A stretch of DNA of 62,868 bases, from assembly GCA_946624985.1 (NCBI GenBank), contig CAMOSQ010000005.1, positions 1-62,868 on the forward strand. Reading direction: 5' to 3'. Source of the DNA: an uncultured Bacillales bacterium. Lineage in GTDB: Bacteria > Bacillota_I > Bacilli_A > RF39 > UBA660. Positions 7,936 to 19,039 of the stretch are shown here, in pieces. Numbering within the stretch: the stretch's first letter is position 1; each line of letters opens with the position of its first letter. Made by a program: the position numbers and the translations under genes. The notes below the pieces were generated by a model. The model was not told the origin of the DNA, searched no databases, and worked only from the letters and a program-made list of their open reading frames with translations.

Positions 7936-8706
7936 CTAATCATTTATTATGGAATATATTTTAACAATGAATCTCTGCCATTTAGGAGCACTATAAATAA
8001 ATTTATCACCATCCAAAGACTTAACAATTTGTTTTACAATTGATTTCTTATTCCTATACTGAAATAAACTCCAAAAAATATTTTCTTTTTTACTTATAAA
8101 ATCTAATTCATCCTTAAATAATGTATCATTTATTTCATATTTTTCATAAAGCATAATCTCATTAAAACCTGTTTTATACATCCCAGGTTCAATCAAAGAA
8201 ACACTTATATTTTTACCTAACAATTTAAGTTCACCCCTTAAAACCTTTGATAAATTTATAAGAGATGCCTTAGTAGAAGTATAAGCGCCCATAAACCTTG
8301 GAGGAAATAAACCAGATAAAGATGACATTATTATTATTTTCCCACTATCCTTTTTAATCATATTTTCTAAAACTATCTGAATTAATTTTATATTTCTAAA
8401 TATATTAACTTCATATACTTCACGTATCTTATCCAAAGAAATTTCTATAATAGAGCCACCATGTCCAATAGCTGCATTTGAAATTAATATATCTATATCA
8501 AGTTTTTGAATAACCTCTAAATCTTTATCACTTAATAAATCTAATTTTATTACTTTAATATTTTTTTCATCCTTATATTTTTCTCTTTGTAAAATTAATT
8601 GCTTATCAGTATGTACACCAACATAAATAAAATATTTATCCTTAATATTCTTAATTACATCACGTGCAATACCAGATCCAGCACCAGTATATAATATTTT
8701 TTTCAT
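7936..8706 (-). CDS. Short-chain dehydrogenase/reductase
   Basis: TGAGSGIA, NAA, YTSTK. Confidence 0.9.
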   Translation of the reverse strand: MKKILYTGAGSGIARDVIKNIKDKYFIYVGVHTDKQLILQREKYKDEKNIKVIKLDLLSDKDLEVIQKLDIDILISNAAIGHGGSIIEISLDKIREVYEVNIFRNIKLIQIVLENMIKKDSGKIIIMSSLSGLFPPRFMGAYTSTKASLINLSKVLRGELKLLGKNISVSLIEPGMYKTGFNEIMLYEKYEINDTLFKDELDFISKKENIFWSLFQYRNKKSIVKQIVKSLDGDKFIYSAPKWQRFIVKIYSIIND

Positions 8707-8805
8707 AAAACCACCACTATTATTATCAACACTATGAATTATTTTATTTATTTTTCTTTATTTTTATACTTGTTTGTGATAAAATTATTTCGTTGAGGTG
8801 ATTTA

Positions 8806-9354
8806 ATGTTTAAAAAATTAGATATATTAGATGAAAAAGATAAACATTTAAGGATGAAATCTGTAGACGCAGAATTTCCCTTATCTAAAGATGAAAAAAA
8901 ATTAATTCAAAGAATCATTGATCATCTTACATATAGTCAAATTGAAGAATATGAAAAAAAATACGACTTACGTCCTGGTATGGGACTTGCTTTCCCTCAA
9001 ATCGGAATAAACAAAAGAATTATCGTAATAGTCCACGAATATGAGGACGGAAAATTTGACAACTATGTAGTTATTAATCCAAAAATCATTTCTAACTCTG
9101 AAGAAATAATTGCTGCAGAAGCAGGAGAAGGATGCTTAAGTGTAAATCGTGAAGTAGAAGGACATGTACCAAGATATGCAAGAGTAACAATAGAAGGATA
9201 TGATGAAGACGGAAACCTAATTCAAATTCGAGCTCGTGAAGACTTATCCATTGCATTCCAACATGAAATCGATCACTTAGATGGAATATTATTCTATGAT
9301 AGAATTGACAAAAATAAACCCTTCTATAACGAAGGAGAAATAAGATTAATATAG
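8806..9354 (+). CDS. def: Peptide deformylase
   Basis: GMGLAFPQ, EGCLS, QHEIDHLDG. Confidence 0.97.
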   Translation: MFKKLDILDEKDKHLRMKSVDAEFPLSKDEKKLIQRIIDHLTYSQIEEYEKKYDLRPGMGLAFPQIGINKRIIVIVHEYEDGKFDNYVVINPKIISNSEEIIAAEAGEGCLSVNREVEGHVPRYARVTIEGYDEDGNLIQIRAREDLSIAFQHEIDHLDGILFYDRIDKNKPFYNEGEIRLI

Positions 9355-9375
9355 TCGTTTAATACGACTTTTTTT
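9353..9375 (+). terminator. Intrinsic terminator after def
   Basis: AGTCGT-TTAAT-ACGACT then T-tract. Confidence 0.55.
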
Positions 9376-9384
9376 GGAGGTTAT

Positions 9385-10317
9385 ATGTTTATATACAGTG
9401 ATACAAATAAACGATATCATACTCTTGATTATTTTTATAAACATAAATTTGGATGTAAAGTTTTTAAAATAAGTCTAAACGGTGGTTTTACCTGCCCAAA
9501 CATAGATGGTACTGTTGGTACACGAGGATGCATTTATTGTTCAAAGCTTGGTAGTGGTGAATTTGCAGGTAAATCAAGTGACGATTTAATAAAACAATTC
9601 AATGATATAAAAAACATAATGAATAAAAAATGGACTGGTAAATATATAGGATACTTTCAAGCTAGAACAAATACATATGCACCAGTAAACATTTTAAAAG
9701 AAAAATATGAAACAATTCTAAAATTAGATGACGTAATTGGATTATCTATAGCAACTCGTCCTGATTCAATAACTGATGAATGCCTAAATTATTTAAGTGA
9801 ACTTAATAAAAAAACATTTTTAACCGTTGAACTTGGATTACAAAGCATACACGAATCAACCAATAAACTTATTAATAGATGTCATTCTCTAGAATGCTTT
9901 GCAGAAATGGTTAATAAACTAAGAAAACATAATATAAATGTTGTTGTACATATCATAAATGGCCTTCCATACGAAACATATGATATGATGATAGATACAA
10001 TTAAATTCATTAATAAACTAGACATACAAGGTGTTAAAATACATATGCTGCACATTGTTAAAAATACAGACTTAGAAAAAATGTACACTGAAAAACCATT
10101 TCATATTTTAACTCGCGAAGAATATGTTAAAACTGTCTGCGACCAATTAGAACTACTAAGACCAGAAATAGTTATTAATAGAATAACAGGAGATCCAAAA
10201 AAAGAAGACCTTATTGAGCCTTCTTGGTTACTTAAAAAATTCTGTGTCTTAAATGAAATAGATAAAGAATTAGCACGAAGAAAATCCTATCAAGGAAAGA
10301 TGTTAGAAAGTGATTAA
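9385..10317 (+). CDS. TIGR01212-family radical SAM protein (YtqA/YhcC-like)
   Basis: GFTCPNIDG..GCIYC, YFQARTNTY, IATRPD, VELGLQS. Confidence 0.92.
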   Translation: MFIYSDTNKRYHTLDYFYKHKFGCKVFKISLNGGFTCPNIDGTVGTRGCIYCSKLGSGEFAGKSSDDLIKQFNDIKNIMNKKWTGKYIGYFQARTNTYAPVNILKEKYETILKLDDVIGLSIATRPDSITDECLNYLSELNKKTFLTVELGLQSIHESTNKLINRCHSLECFAEMVNKLRKHNINVVVHIINGLPYETYDMMIDTIKFINKLDIQGVKIHMLHIVKNTDLEKMYTEKPFHILTREEYVKTVCDQLELLRPEIVINRITGDPKKEDLIEPSWLLKKFCVLNEIDKELARRKSYQGKMLESD

Positions 10318-10319
10318 TT

Positions 10320-11708
10320 TCACTTTTTTTCTTTTGGAATTTCAAAATAAAATGTTGTTCCTTTATTTACTTCAGACTCAACACCATATTTAAAATTATG
10401 GCTTTCAAGAATACTTTTTACTATAGAAAGACCTATTCCAGAACCAACCTGCACTCTAGAATGAGTTTTATCAATTTTATAATACTTATCCCAAATATGA
10501 TTTAGTTCCTCTTCCTCAATTCCCTTTCCAGTATCCTTTATTTCTACTCTAATACTATTTTTTTCATCCAATAAATTTATATATACTAACTTATCCTCAC
10601 CAGTATAATTAATTGCATTATTTACTAAATTATATATTACCTGCTCTAATCTTTTCTTATCAGCACATACCATTATTTTTTTCTTCTCTTTATATTCAAT
10701 TTTATAATCATCCTTTTCAATATAAATATCATATCTTTTTATTATTGATTTAATTAATTCATTTATATCAAACTCTTCTATATTAAGTGGTTGAGTATTA
10801 GAATTTATTTTTGATAATTCCAAAATATCATTTACAAGTATATTTAATCTATCAGCCTCTTCAATAATTGTATCTAAATTTTTATTCATCTTTTCTTTAT
10901 CCCTATAAGTAACATCTCTAATTAATTCAGCATAAGCCTTTATCATTGTAAGAGGAGTCTTTAAATCATGAGAAACATTAGCGAGCAATTCTCTTCTTAC
11001 ATCCTCAGTCTTATTCAGTTCATTACAAGCATAATTAAGAGTCTTTGATAAATCATCAATCTCCTCTATCTCACTTTCTTCAAACGTTATATCATACTTC
11101 CCCTTCGCCATCATATTAGCCTTATTCTTTATCCTTATTATAGGATCAGATATTATTTTAGATATAAAATATGATATCACTAATGACAAAATTATAACAA
11201 TTAATGATACATAAAAAAACTGACTTTTAAGTATTGTTACAGTAGCATCTATAGGTTCAAGTGACGCACTAACAAATAAATGCGTATTATCATTTACTTT
11301 CACCGCAAGCACTAACGTCTCATTATTAAATCTTGGATTTTTTAATGTATATCGTGCCGAATTATTATTAGAATTAATAAAATCATTTTTATAATTATAA
11401 TTATCCTGAGCATTCGCAATACATCCTCTATTAAATGTATTAGATAAATATACCAACTTATTATTTTTAATGAGTTCTATACATACTCCCTTATCCTGAG
11501 ATAAACTATCCAAAGTTTGTTCTAAATTATAATCAGTATAATTTGTAGCAATCGCACCAACCGTACTTACTAACTCTCTGGTTTTATACCATTTATAATA
11601 CCTATCTAAAAATATAATTTGAAACAACCATAAAAATATCAATATACCTAATGAAAAAATTATTAAATATATCCATATTTTACTTCTTAAATTACTTTTT
11701 GATTTCAA
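10320..11708 (-). CDS. HAMP-domain sensor histidine kinase
   Basis: Two TM segments, NVSHDLKTPL, NLVNNA, DTGKG, GSGIGL. Confidence 0.95.
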   Translation of the reverse strand: MKSKSNLRSKIWIYLIIFSLGILIFLWLFQIIFLDRYYKWYKTRELVSTVGAIATNYTDYNLEQTLDSLSQDKGVCIELIKNNKLVYLSNTFNRGCIANAQDNYNYKNDFINSNNNSARYTLKNPRFNNETLVLAVKVNDNTHLFVSASLEPIDATVTILKSQFFYVSLIVIILSLVISYFISKIISDPIIRIKNKANMMAKGKYDITFEESEIEEIDDLSKTLNYACNELNKTEDVRRELLANVSHDLKTPLTMIKAYAELIRDVTYRDKEKMNKNLDTIIEEADRLNILVNDILELSKINSNTQPLNIEEFDINELIKSIIKRYDIYIEKDDYKIEYKEKKKIMVCADKKRLEQVIYNLVNNAINYTGEDKLVYINLLDEKNSIRVEIKDTGKGIEEEELNHIWDKYYKIDKTHSRVQVGSGIGLSIVKSILESHNFKYGVESEVNKGTTFYFEIPKEKK

Positions 11709-12354
11709 ATTTATATCCCATACTTCTTACTGTTACTATTAAATCTCTATACTGTTTTAGGTTGTTTCTTAACATCTTTATATGAGTATCAATTGTTCTA
11801 TCATCTCCAAAAAAATCATAACCCCATATTTTACTTAATAATTGTTCTCTTGATAAAGCAATATTTTCATTTTTAACAAAATATGACAATAATTCAAACT
11901 CCTTTGGTGTCAACTTTACCTCATCATTACCTATATATACCGTATGACCCTTAAAATCAATCCTTAAAGTCTTATAAACATATTCATCAACTACTTTATT
12001 TGTCCTTTTTAAAACAGCCTTTATTCTCGCAATCAATTCCTTAGGAGAAAATGGTTTTGTCATATAATCATCCGACCCTAAATCAAAACCCATTAACTTA
12101 TCAAACTCCTCTTTTCTAGCAGATAATAATATTACTGGTATATTTTTAATTTGCTTAATTTCTTTTAAAGTACTAAAACCATCTAATTTTGGCATCATTA
12201 TATCAAGAACTATTATATCTATATCATTATTTTTAACTTTATCTAATGCTTCAATTCCATTTTCTGCTTCTAATACACAATAGTTTTCTAAAGCACAATA
12301 CTCCTTTATTACTTCTCTTATAAGCGGTTCATCATCTACTATTAATATTTTCAT
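11692..12354 (-). CDS. OmpR-family response regulator
   Basis: LIVDDE, LDIMMP, KPF, winged-helix C-terminus. Confidence 0.95.
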   Translation of the reverse strand: MKILIVDDEPLIREVIKEYCALENYCVLEAENGIEALDKVKNNDIDIIVLDIMMPKLDGFSTLKEIKQIKNIPVILLSARKEEFDKLMGFDLGSDDYMTKPFSPKELIARIKAVLKRTNKVVDEYVYKTLRIDFKGHTVYIGNDEVKLTPKEFELLSYFVKNENIALSREQLLSKIWGYDFFGDDRTIDTHIKMLRNNLKQYRDLIVTVRSMGYKFEIKK

Positions 12355-12434
12355 AAATTTGTCACCTCATATATAATTATACATATAAATTTGTATATTT
12401 TGTGAAAAATTAACAATAATAATTAAAAAACACC

Positions 12435-14936
12435 TTACTGGTGTTTTTTTCTATTATAAATAAATATTACTATTCCAACTAAGCTTATTATTGCGCCTTC
12501 TTTTAATCCTCTTGTAACATACTTAAATTCTACAACATGATTTCCTTTTGGAATATTAAATGAAATCAACGCATCAAATAGTTTATCTGGTTTAATTTCA
12601 ATTCCATCTATATATACTTTCATTGCTTTATCATATGGAATGGATGTATATAATGTCTTATTTTGTGAACTAACATTTATATTAGTTTTTATGTAGTCAC
12701 CTTTATATTCTATTACTTTTAGACTTTCATGTTTTTTTAATGTTTCTATAGCCTTACTAAATTTTTCCAAATCAAGTGTATAAAACATAAATTCTTTTGG
12801 TCTTATTTCATTTTCAAGTAGAACAAATTCTAGTTCAAGTTCTACATCCTTGTCATAATTTCCTAGTTCTAATACATTGCATTGATATCCGTTTTCATCT
12901 TTTATATCAATTATACTTTTTCCATTTAACAGTACATCTACATCCTTATATTTTTCACAGGACATATATCCATATAAAATTCCTGGATAATCTGTATTTA
13001 TTTTTATTTTTATTGATGCTTTATCATTTGGATTTATTTTTTTATAAACAACTTTTTCTTCGTTTTCATCCAATTTTAAGTTATTATAACTTATTTCATA
13101 ACTATTCTTATAAAAAACATCTTCTAAATTTCTATCCATATATTTTAATATGTTATTTTGATTTATAAATGGTTCATATTTTTTTAATTCAAGTTTATTT
13201 ATATTATCTGTAATAAATCCAAGGGGTAAATTATATATATTTTCATAAGTATTTATATCATATTTTTTATCTAGTTTATTATAGTATGTTAATTCTTTTT
13301 TTGAAAGTAAATATTTGATATTAAATAATGAATTTGTAACTAATGTTGATCCATAATAATTTGTTACATAAAATCTATTAAATATTCCTAAATATTTTCC
13401 TAAAAAAATATTATTTGAACCTTCATATGTACTGCTGAAATGTGATATACCATTATAATTTAATAGTAATTCATCATTTGATGAATATGAATAATCCTTT
13501 TCCATTCTAAAGAATGTGTTTTCTTTTTCATTTATTTTATCAACTATTTCACCTGTTTGTGTAACAAAAGTTTCATATTTAACTTTATTTTGATATTTAA
13601 TATTATATATTGTAATTCCACCATTCAATGCCATTTCAAAAGTTACTAATAATACTATTAATTTACTTAGTTCTTTGTTTTTATTTTTATATAAGTATAT
13701 AAGATATATACACATTAATACTAACGTACCTATTATTTTGTAATACATTGATTTTGTATATAAAAGTTTATCTATTAATAATGTTAAGAGTGTTAAATAA
13801 AAAATAAATTTTTTTATATATACTTTATCTATTTCTTTTATTTTTAAAAGACTTTTATAAGCTATAATAAGAAGTATAAAATCAAACATAAATGAGTATC
13901 TAAATGGGAAACCTACAGGATTTCTAAATGTATGCCAAATTGTATTTATAGGTGAAAATACAAATCCAAGTAGAAAAACACATATTAGTACTAATGATGC
14001 TTTTTTCTCTTTATTATTTACATTTTTATTAAAGAAATAATAAATAACTAGTACTATCATTATGAGTGATATATAAACATTTGGAAGTGATCCTAATATA
14101 TCACTGTTTTTAAATGTTCCAATATAAAATCTTGTTATTAAATCAAATAATGCAAATCTTTGATTTGGAACAAAATCACCTAACATCCCATTTGCTTTTC
14201 CTTGCATTAATGAAAAAATTGCTGGAATAAGTATTATACCTGATGTTAATACACTTATTAATATATACTTAATACAGTAAAAAATATCTTTTATATTTAT
14301 CTTTTTCTCTTTTAAATATATTAAATATATATAATATATTAATGATGATATACATGACATATATCCTATATAATAATTAAATATGATTGATAATGTTAGT
14401 GATATATAAAATAGCGTCGGCTTTTTAATAGTTAACCTATTTACTCCTAAAAAAATTAATGGAAGCATTATAACCCCATCTAACCACATTATATTTTGAC
14501 TATATGCAATGTTATATGCCATTAATGAGTATGATATTGAAAATACTAATGAAGTTGTTCCTTTTTTAAATGTTTTTTCAAAAAATAAATAACTTGTTAG
14601 ACCAGAAAATCCAATTTTTAATATATTTATTATTAATACGAATTTTGGTATATCTACTCTATTAAAGAAAATAATTAATATATTAAATGGGCTCATTAGA
14701 TAATAAGCTATTAGTCCAAAAAAATTTCCACCAAGTGTTTTACTAAATGAGTAAAATGGACTTATACTTCCATTTAATACATTTTTAAGCGCAGCAAAAA
14801 ACTCAACATATTGATTTGCTAAATCAACGGTTAGTATATTTTTATTTCCTATTATAATTCCAGAAAATAGATATAGAAAAAACATAACTACAATTGGTAT
14901 TATAAATGATAATAAGTAATATTTAATTTTTTTCAT
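12435..14936 (-). CDS. YfhO-family polytopic membrane glycosyltransferase
   Basis: DLANQY, YYLMSPFN, MWLDG, FRYSF, SIPYD motifs; many TM segments. Confidence 0.9.
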   Translation of the reverse strand: MKKIKYYLLSFIIPIVVMFFLYLFSGIIIGNKNILTVDLANQYVEFFAALKNVLNGSISPFYSFSKTLGGNFFGLIAYYLMSPFNILIIFFNRVDIPKFVLIINILKIGFSGLTSYLFFEKTFKKGTTSLVFSISYSLMAYNIAYSQNIMWLDGVIMLPLIFLGVNRLTIKKPTLFYISLTLSIIFNYYIGYMSCISSLIYYIYLIYLKEKKINIKDIFYCIKYILISVLTSGIILIPAIFSLMQGKANGMLGDFVPNQRFALFDLITRFYIGTFKNSDILGSLPNVYISLIMIVLVIYYFFNKNVNNKEKKASLVLICVFLLGFVFSPINTIWHTFRNPVGFPFRYSFMFDFILLIIAYKSLLKIKEIDKVYIKKFIFYLTLLTLLIDKLLYTKSMYYKIIGTLVLMCIYLIYLYKNKNKELSKLIVLLVTFEMALNGGITIYNIKYQNKVKYETFVTQTGEIVDKINEKENTFFRMEKDYSYSSNDELLLNYNGISHFSSTYEGSNNIFLGKYLGIFNRFYVTNYYGSTLVTNSLFNIKYLLSKKELTYYNKLDKKYDINTYENIYNLPLGFITDNINKLELKKYEPFINQNNILKYMDRNLEDVFYKNSYEISYNNLKLDENEEKVVYKKINPNDKASIKIKINTDYPGILYGYMSCEKYKDVDVLLNGKSIIDIKDENGYQCNVLELGNYDKDVELELEFVLLENEIRPKEFMFYTLDLEKFSKAIETLKKHESLKVIEYKGDYIKTNINVSSQNKTLYTSIPYDKAMKVYIDGIEIKPDKLFDALISFNIPKGNHVVEFKYVTRGLKEGAIISLVGIVIFIYNRKKHQ

Positions 14937-14984
14937 AATTTCTCCTTTTTTTGATATTTTAGCACATATTAGTATTAGTTTCTA

Positions 14985-15392
14985 CTATTTGCATTTGTAT
15001 CCGTCCTCTTCGTAATACTTAATTTGCTTATGTTGTTCATCATAAATTTTAAATTTTTCTTTTACTATTTCTGAAGCATTTTTAGTATCTATATTATATG
15101 TAAAAATTCCATCCCCTAGTTCAAGTGTAATTCCACTTGTTTGTTCAAACATAGCTTTTTCTGATTTTTTACTGTATTGTATACTTTCCATATCCATATT
15201 TTTATCATATGTTTCCGTTATTATTATGTTTTCCACTTTGCCTTCTTTTGATTTTATACGTATATCTGTATCAATATAATCACCATTAATTAATTCACGT
15301 TTTGTACAGTTTTTTGTAATATATCCTTTTGTAACTTCACCTAAACATCCTGTAAGAAGAATTATTGTACATATTAAAATAATTTTTTTCAT
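14985..15392 (-). CDS. Lipoprotein of unknown function
   Basis: MKKIILICTIILLTGC lipobox; AGGAG RBS supports start at 15392. Confidence 0.75.
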   Translation of the reverse strand: MKKIILICTIILLTGCLGEVTKGYITKNCTKRELINGDYIDTDIRIKSKEGKVENIIITETYDKNMDMESIQYSKKSEKAMFEQTSGITLELGDGIFTYNIDTKNASEIVKEKFKIYDEQHKQIKYYEEDGYKCK

Positions 15393-15426
15393 ATTAGCTC
15401 CTATCAAAAAGTACTGTAAAACAGTA

Positions 15427-17208
15427 CTATTTTTTTATTTTTTTTATTTCTTCATCTAGTCTTTCCTTTATGATATAATTCGTAAATCCATCTTCTATAT
15501 AGTGTTCACTCATAAACTCTTTACTTTTATCTAATAGTATATATATAGGCTTGCTTGTTAATTTCTTTATTTGATTTAATACTTGAATTCCTCTTTCATT
15601 TTTTAATTCATCATCAATTATTATAAATTCAAATATTTCATTTTTTATTTTTTCTACTGCATCTTTACCATATAATGAGTTCACTATTTCATAATCTTCT
15701 AATTTTTCTATTATTTCATTTACACTCTTTGTATCAACACTTACTATTAAAGCTTTTTTTTCATTTAATATTTTTTTAGAATACTTTTCTAAAGAATTTT
15801 CTCTTTTATTTTCTTTTATTTGTTGATCAATTGTTATTAAAAAACTACTTCCCTTATTTTCTTCACTTTTAATTATAAAACTACCATTTAGTGATTTTAT
15901 AATTTTATGAGCAAGCGGTAATGATATATCTAGTTTATCTATTCTTTCTTGTTCTTTTGATTCTATTTTTTCTGATACATTTAATATTGTATTAATTTTA
16001 TGAATACTCATTCCTTGTCCTGAATCAGATATTTCTATCATTAGTCTACATATTCCATATTTTATTATTGTATCTATACTTAGTTCAATAAATCCTTCTT
16101 CTGTGTATTTTATTGAGTCAAATATTATAGAAAGTATTATTTGTTTTATTTTTGTATTATCACCATTTAAATATCTTGGAATATCATCTGATATATTACA
16201 CCTAAATATAATATTTTTATTTGATTTACTAATTTCAGATTTTATTCTTAGTTTCAATTCGTCAAAAAAGTTTTTTGTATTATACGTATTTTCAATTATT
16301 TTTAGGTTATTTATATCCATCTTTGATACATCTAAAGTACTATTTACATATGTATATAGTTGTTTAGAATTTGTATTTATTAGTTTGATTTTTTCTTCTA
16401 TATCTTTTGGATTATCTATTAGTTCATTACTTATATTTATTATATCTTGTAATGGTTTTTTTAAATCTTGTGATATTTTAAAAATAAATCTTGTTTTTTC
16501 TTCATAGTTTTGTTCCGTTAATTTTTTATTTTCACTTAGTTCTTCAACCATCTGCATATCTGGATTTTCAATTGTAAAGTACATTAAAAATGTTATAAAT
16601 GTATGTACCCCTGTAGAAAGAAGAAGTGATGGATATTTCATTTGTATATATCCTGCAAATCCACCTATTATTAAAAATGTTAGAATTGGTACATATTTTT
16701 TGCTTTTTATGTTTTCTTTATTCCATATTAAACATATTATTCCTACTAATACGTATCCAAATGACATAATATAATCAATATTAACACTTTGTCCATACGT
16801 ATAATATACAGCATTTTCATAATAGAAATTAATTGGTGAAATATATATTAGTATTGTACTTATTATTGTTATTACAATTAATGTATTTTTTATCGTTTTT
16901 TTATTTTCTTGTTTAGTTTTTTGTGTAACAGTAATAAATGTTACATATGTTATAAGTAAAGATAACCAAACTAAAATTACAACGCAATATGTTTTTGCGA
17001 TAAATGTGCTTAATAATATATACTTTTTATATACAGGCATTAATATATCTAATATTAGTTCAAGTAATATTTCTACTAGGGAGGTAATTATCAAATATGA
17101 GTATATCTTATTTTCAGTTGTTTCTAGTCTTTTTTTGTTAAAGTAAACTATTATAAGTAATATTGAAAAGAAAAACGATTGTATTAAAAAATATATACCT
17201 GTTTTCAT
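15427..17208 (-). CDS. Hybrid sensor kinase-like protein (multi-TM, degenerate HisKA/HATPase, receiver)
   Basis: YFTIENPD linker, ISQDLKKPL in place of the H-box, ISDSGQGM, C-terminal receiver-like domain. Confidence 0.8.
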   Translation of the reverse strand: MKTGIYFLIQSFFFSILLIIVYFNKKRLETTENKIYSYLIITSLVEILLELILDILMPVYKKYILLSTFIAKTYCVVILVWLSLLITYVTFITVTQKTKQENKKTIKNTLIVITIISTILIYISPINFYYENAVYYTYGQSVNIDYIMSFGYVLVGIICLIWNKENIKSKKYVPILTFLIIGGFAGYIQMKYPSLLLSTGVHTFITFLMYFTIENPDMQMVEELSENKKLTEQNYEEKTRFIFKISQDLKKPLQDIINISNELIDNPKDIEEKIKLINTNSKQLYTYVNSTLDVSKMDINNLKIIENTYNTKNFFDELKLRIKSEISKSNKNIIFRCNISDDIPRYLNGDNTKIKQIILSIIFDSIKYTEEGFIELSIDTIIKYGICRLMIEISDSGQGMSIHKINTILNVSEKIESKEQERIDKLDISLPLAHKIIKSLNGSFIIKSEENKGSSFLITIDQQIKENKRENSLEKYSKKILNEKKALIVSVDTKSVNEIIEKLEDYEIVNSLYGKDAVEKIKNEIFEFIIIDDELKNERGIQVLNQIKKLTSKPIYILLDKSKEFMSEHYIEDGFTNYIIKERLDEEIKKIKK

Positions 17209-18971
17209 CTTTTCCCTCCTATTTTCTTTTGTCTATGTTCTCCTTCATATTCTTCTTTAGCCCATTGTTCTAATAGATTATAATCTTCTTTGTCTGATGC
17301 AATAAGTGGTATTTCATCAACAAATGTTATACTTTTTGGTATTTCAAAACTTTTTAAAATGTTATTTGTATTTTCATTTTCAAGTTCTATTACCATTTGT
17401 TTTAATATTTCAATTATTTTTTGTGCCTGTTCTTCTGTTTTCTCATATCCTTGTTTTAGTACTATATATGCTTTTGATTCCCATAATGTATCTTGATTTG
17501 GTTTTGCTACCGCAGCACATCTTTCTACGCATGCTATTCTTGATAAGAATAGTTTTAGATGCTCTGGATAAAGTTTGTTTCCGTCTGATAATATTTTAAA
17601 TCTAGATTTTCTTCCTGTCATTGTAAAATATCCTTCTTCATCTAAATATCCAATTGCGCCTGTTTTTAAATAAGTTTTTCCTTTATATATTAATTTTGCT
17701 CTTTTTGTTAATTCAGGTTCTTTATAATATTCCTTAAATATGTGTTTACCTGATATGCATAAATGTCCTTCCTCTAGATATTTTTTTTCTTCATATGTTT
17801 CAGGATCTACTACAATTGCGGTACTTCCCACTAATGGTTTTCCCACTGTTTTTCTTTTAATTTTTGATCCTACTGCCATTGTACTTGTTGCGACACTTTC
17901 AGCATTACCTGAGCCATTATAAAATTCTATATTTGCTCCATGTCTTCTAAAAAATTCGATTCCTCTTTCTGCTTCTTCTGGTGTAAGAAAATCTCCTCCT
18001 GATACAAATGAATGTGCTGATGATAAATCTATATCTTCTTCTGTTGATCTTTTCATCATTTCTAATACAGCAGGACTTCCAAATATATAGTTAGGATTTT
18101 TTTTCAAAAACTGATTTACATTTTTATGATCAAGGCTTGGTGCTAAAATAGCTTCTCTTCCACATAGTAGTGTCATTAGTGTCGATGTTGCAAAGCCATA
18201 TGGATAACTAAATGGTACACATACAAGACACTTTTCTCCTTTTTTTGCTTTTATTCCACCTGTATTTTTCATATATATTCCTGAAGCTATAACGTTTTGA
18301 TTTGTTATTACAACTGATTTTGGTTTCCCTGTTGAACCACTTGTAAATAAAATTAAGGCATTTTGATTTTTTCCATATACTGTTCTATACATTTTATCAT
18401 AGTAACTCGCTATTGATTCAAGTTCACTAAATGAAATAAAATCCGAGTAACCTATTATGTTTTTTAATTTAGGGCTAAATGATGCAGAATTAATGTCTTT
18501 TTGATCAAGTGTTATTATTTGCTTTAATCCCGTTCCTTCAATCATTTTTTTATTATATTCTATTGTTTTATCATAGTTTATTAAAATTTTCGATTCAAAT
18601 AAATTTGCATAATACTTTATTTCAGCATCACTACATCCTGGATTTAAAAATGATATTGTTGCGCCAATTCTATTTGCAGCGAGAAAAATAGCTACTGCTT
18701 GAGCATAATTTGGCATAGACACAGGAATTATATCATTTTCTTTTATTCCTAATTCTTTAAATGCTTTTGATATTATTTTTGATATTTCAAATAGTTTTTT
18801 ATATGTTATTTTCAAATCTAGACAATCTATTGCTGCTCTATTTCCATATGTTAAATTTGCAGCTTTTATCATATTATATATACTCATATTAGGGATTATT
18901 GGATGTCGAGCAATAAAACTATGTCCTTGTTCATGTAGTTTATCAATAGATGGATATCCTGTTTTTTCCAT
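17205..18971 (-). CDS. Class I adenylate-forming (acyl-CoA synthetase-like) enzyme
   Basis: LFTSGSTGKPK, SGGD, YYKEPELT, GR. Confidence 0.88.
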   Translation of the reverse strand: MEKTGYPSIDKLHEQGHSFIARHPIIPNMSIYNMIKAANLTYGNRAAIDCLDLKITYKKLFEISKIISKAFKELGIKENDIIPVSMPNYAQAVAIFLAANRIGATISFLNPGCSDAEIKYYANLFESKILINYDKTIEYNKKMIEGTGLKQIITLDQKDINSASFSPKLKNIIGYSDFISFSELESIASYYDKMYRTVYGKNQNALILFTSGSTGKPKSVVITNQNVIASGIYMKNTGGIKAKKGEKCLVCVPFSYPYGFATSTLMTLLCGREAILAPSLDHKNVNQFLKKNPNYIFGSPAVLEMMKRSTEEDIDLSSAHSFVSGGDFLTPEEAERGIEFFRRHGANIEFYNGSGNAESVATSTMAVGSKIKRKTVGKPLVGSTAIVVDPETYEEKKYLEEGHLCISGKHIFKEYYKEPELTKRAKLIYKGKTYLKTGAIGYLDEEGYFTMTGRKSRFKILSDGNKLYPEHLKLFLSRIACVERCAAVAKPNQDTLWESKAYIVLKQGYEKTEEQAQKIIEILKQMVIELENENTNNILKSFEIPKSITFVDEIPLIASDKEDYNLLEQWAKEEYEGEHRQKKIGGKR

Positions 18972-19039
18972 TATATCACTCCTATCATTTAATTCAATTA
19001 TAACATATTTTTTTTAATTTCGATATAATTAGAAAAAAA

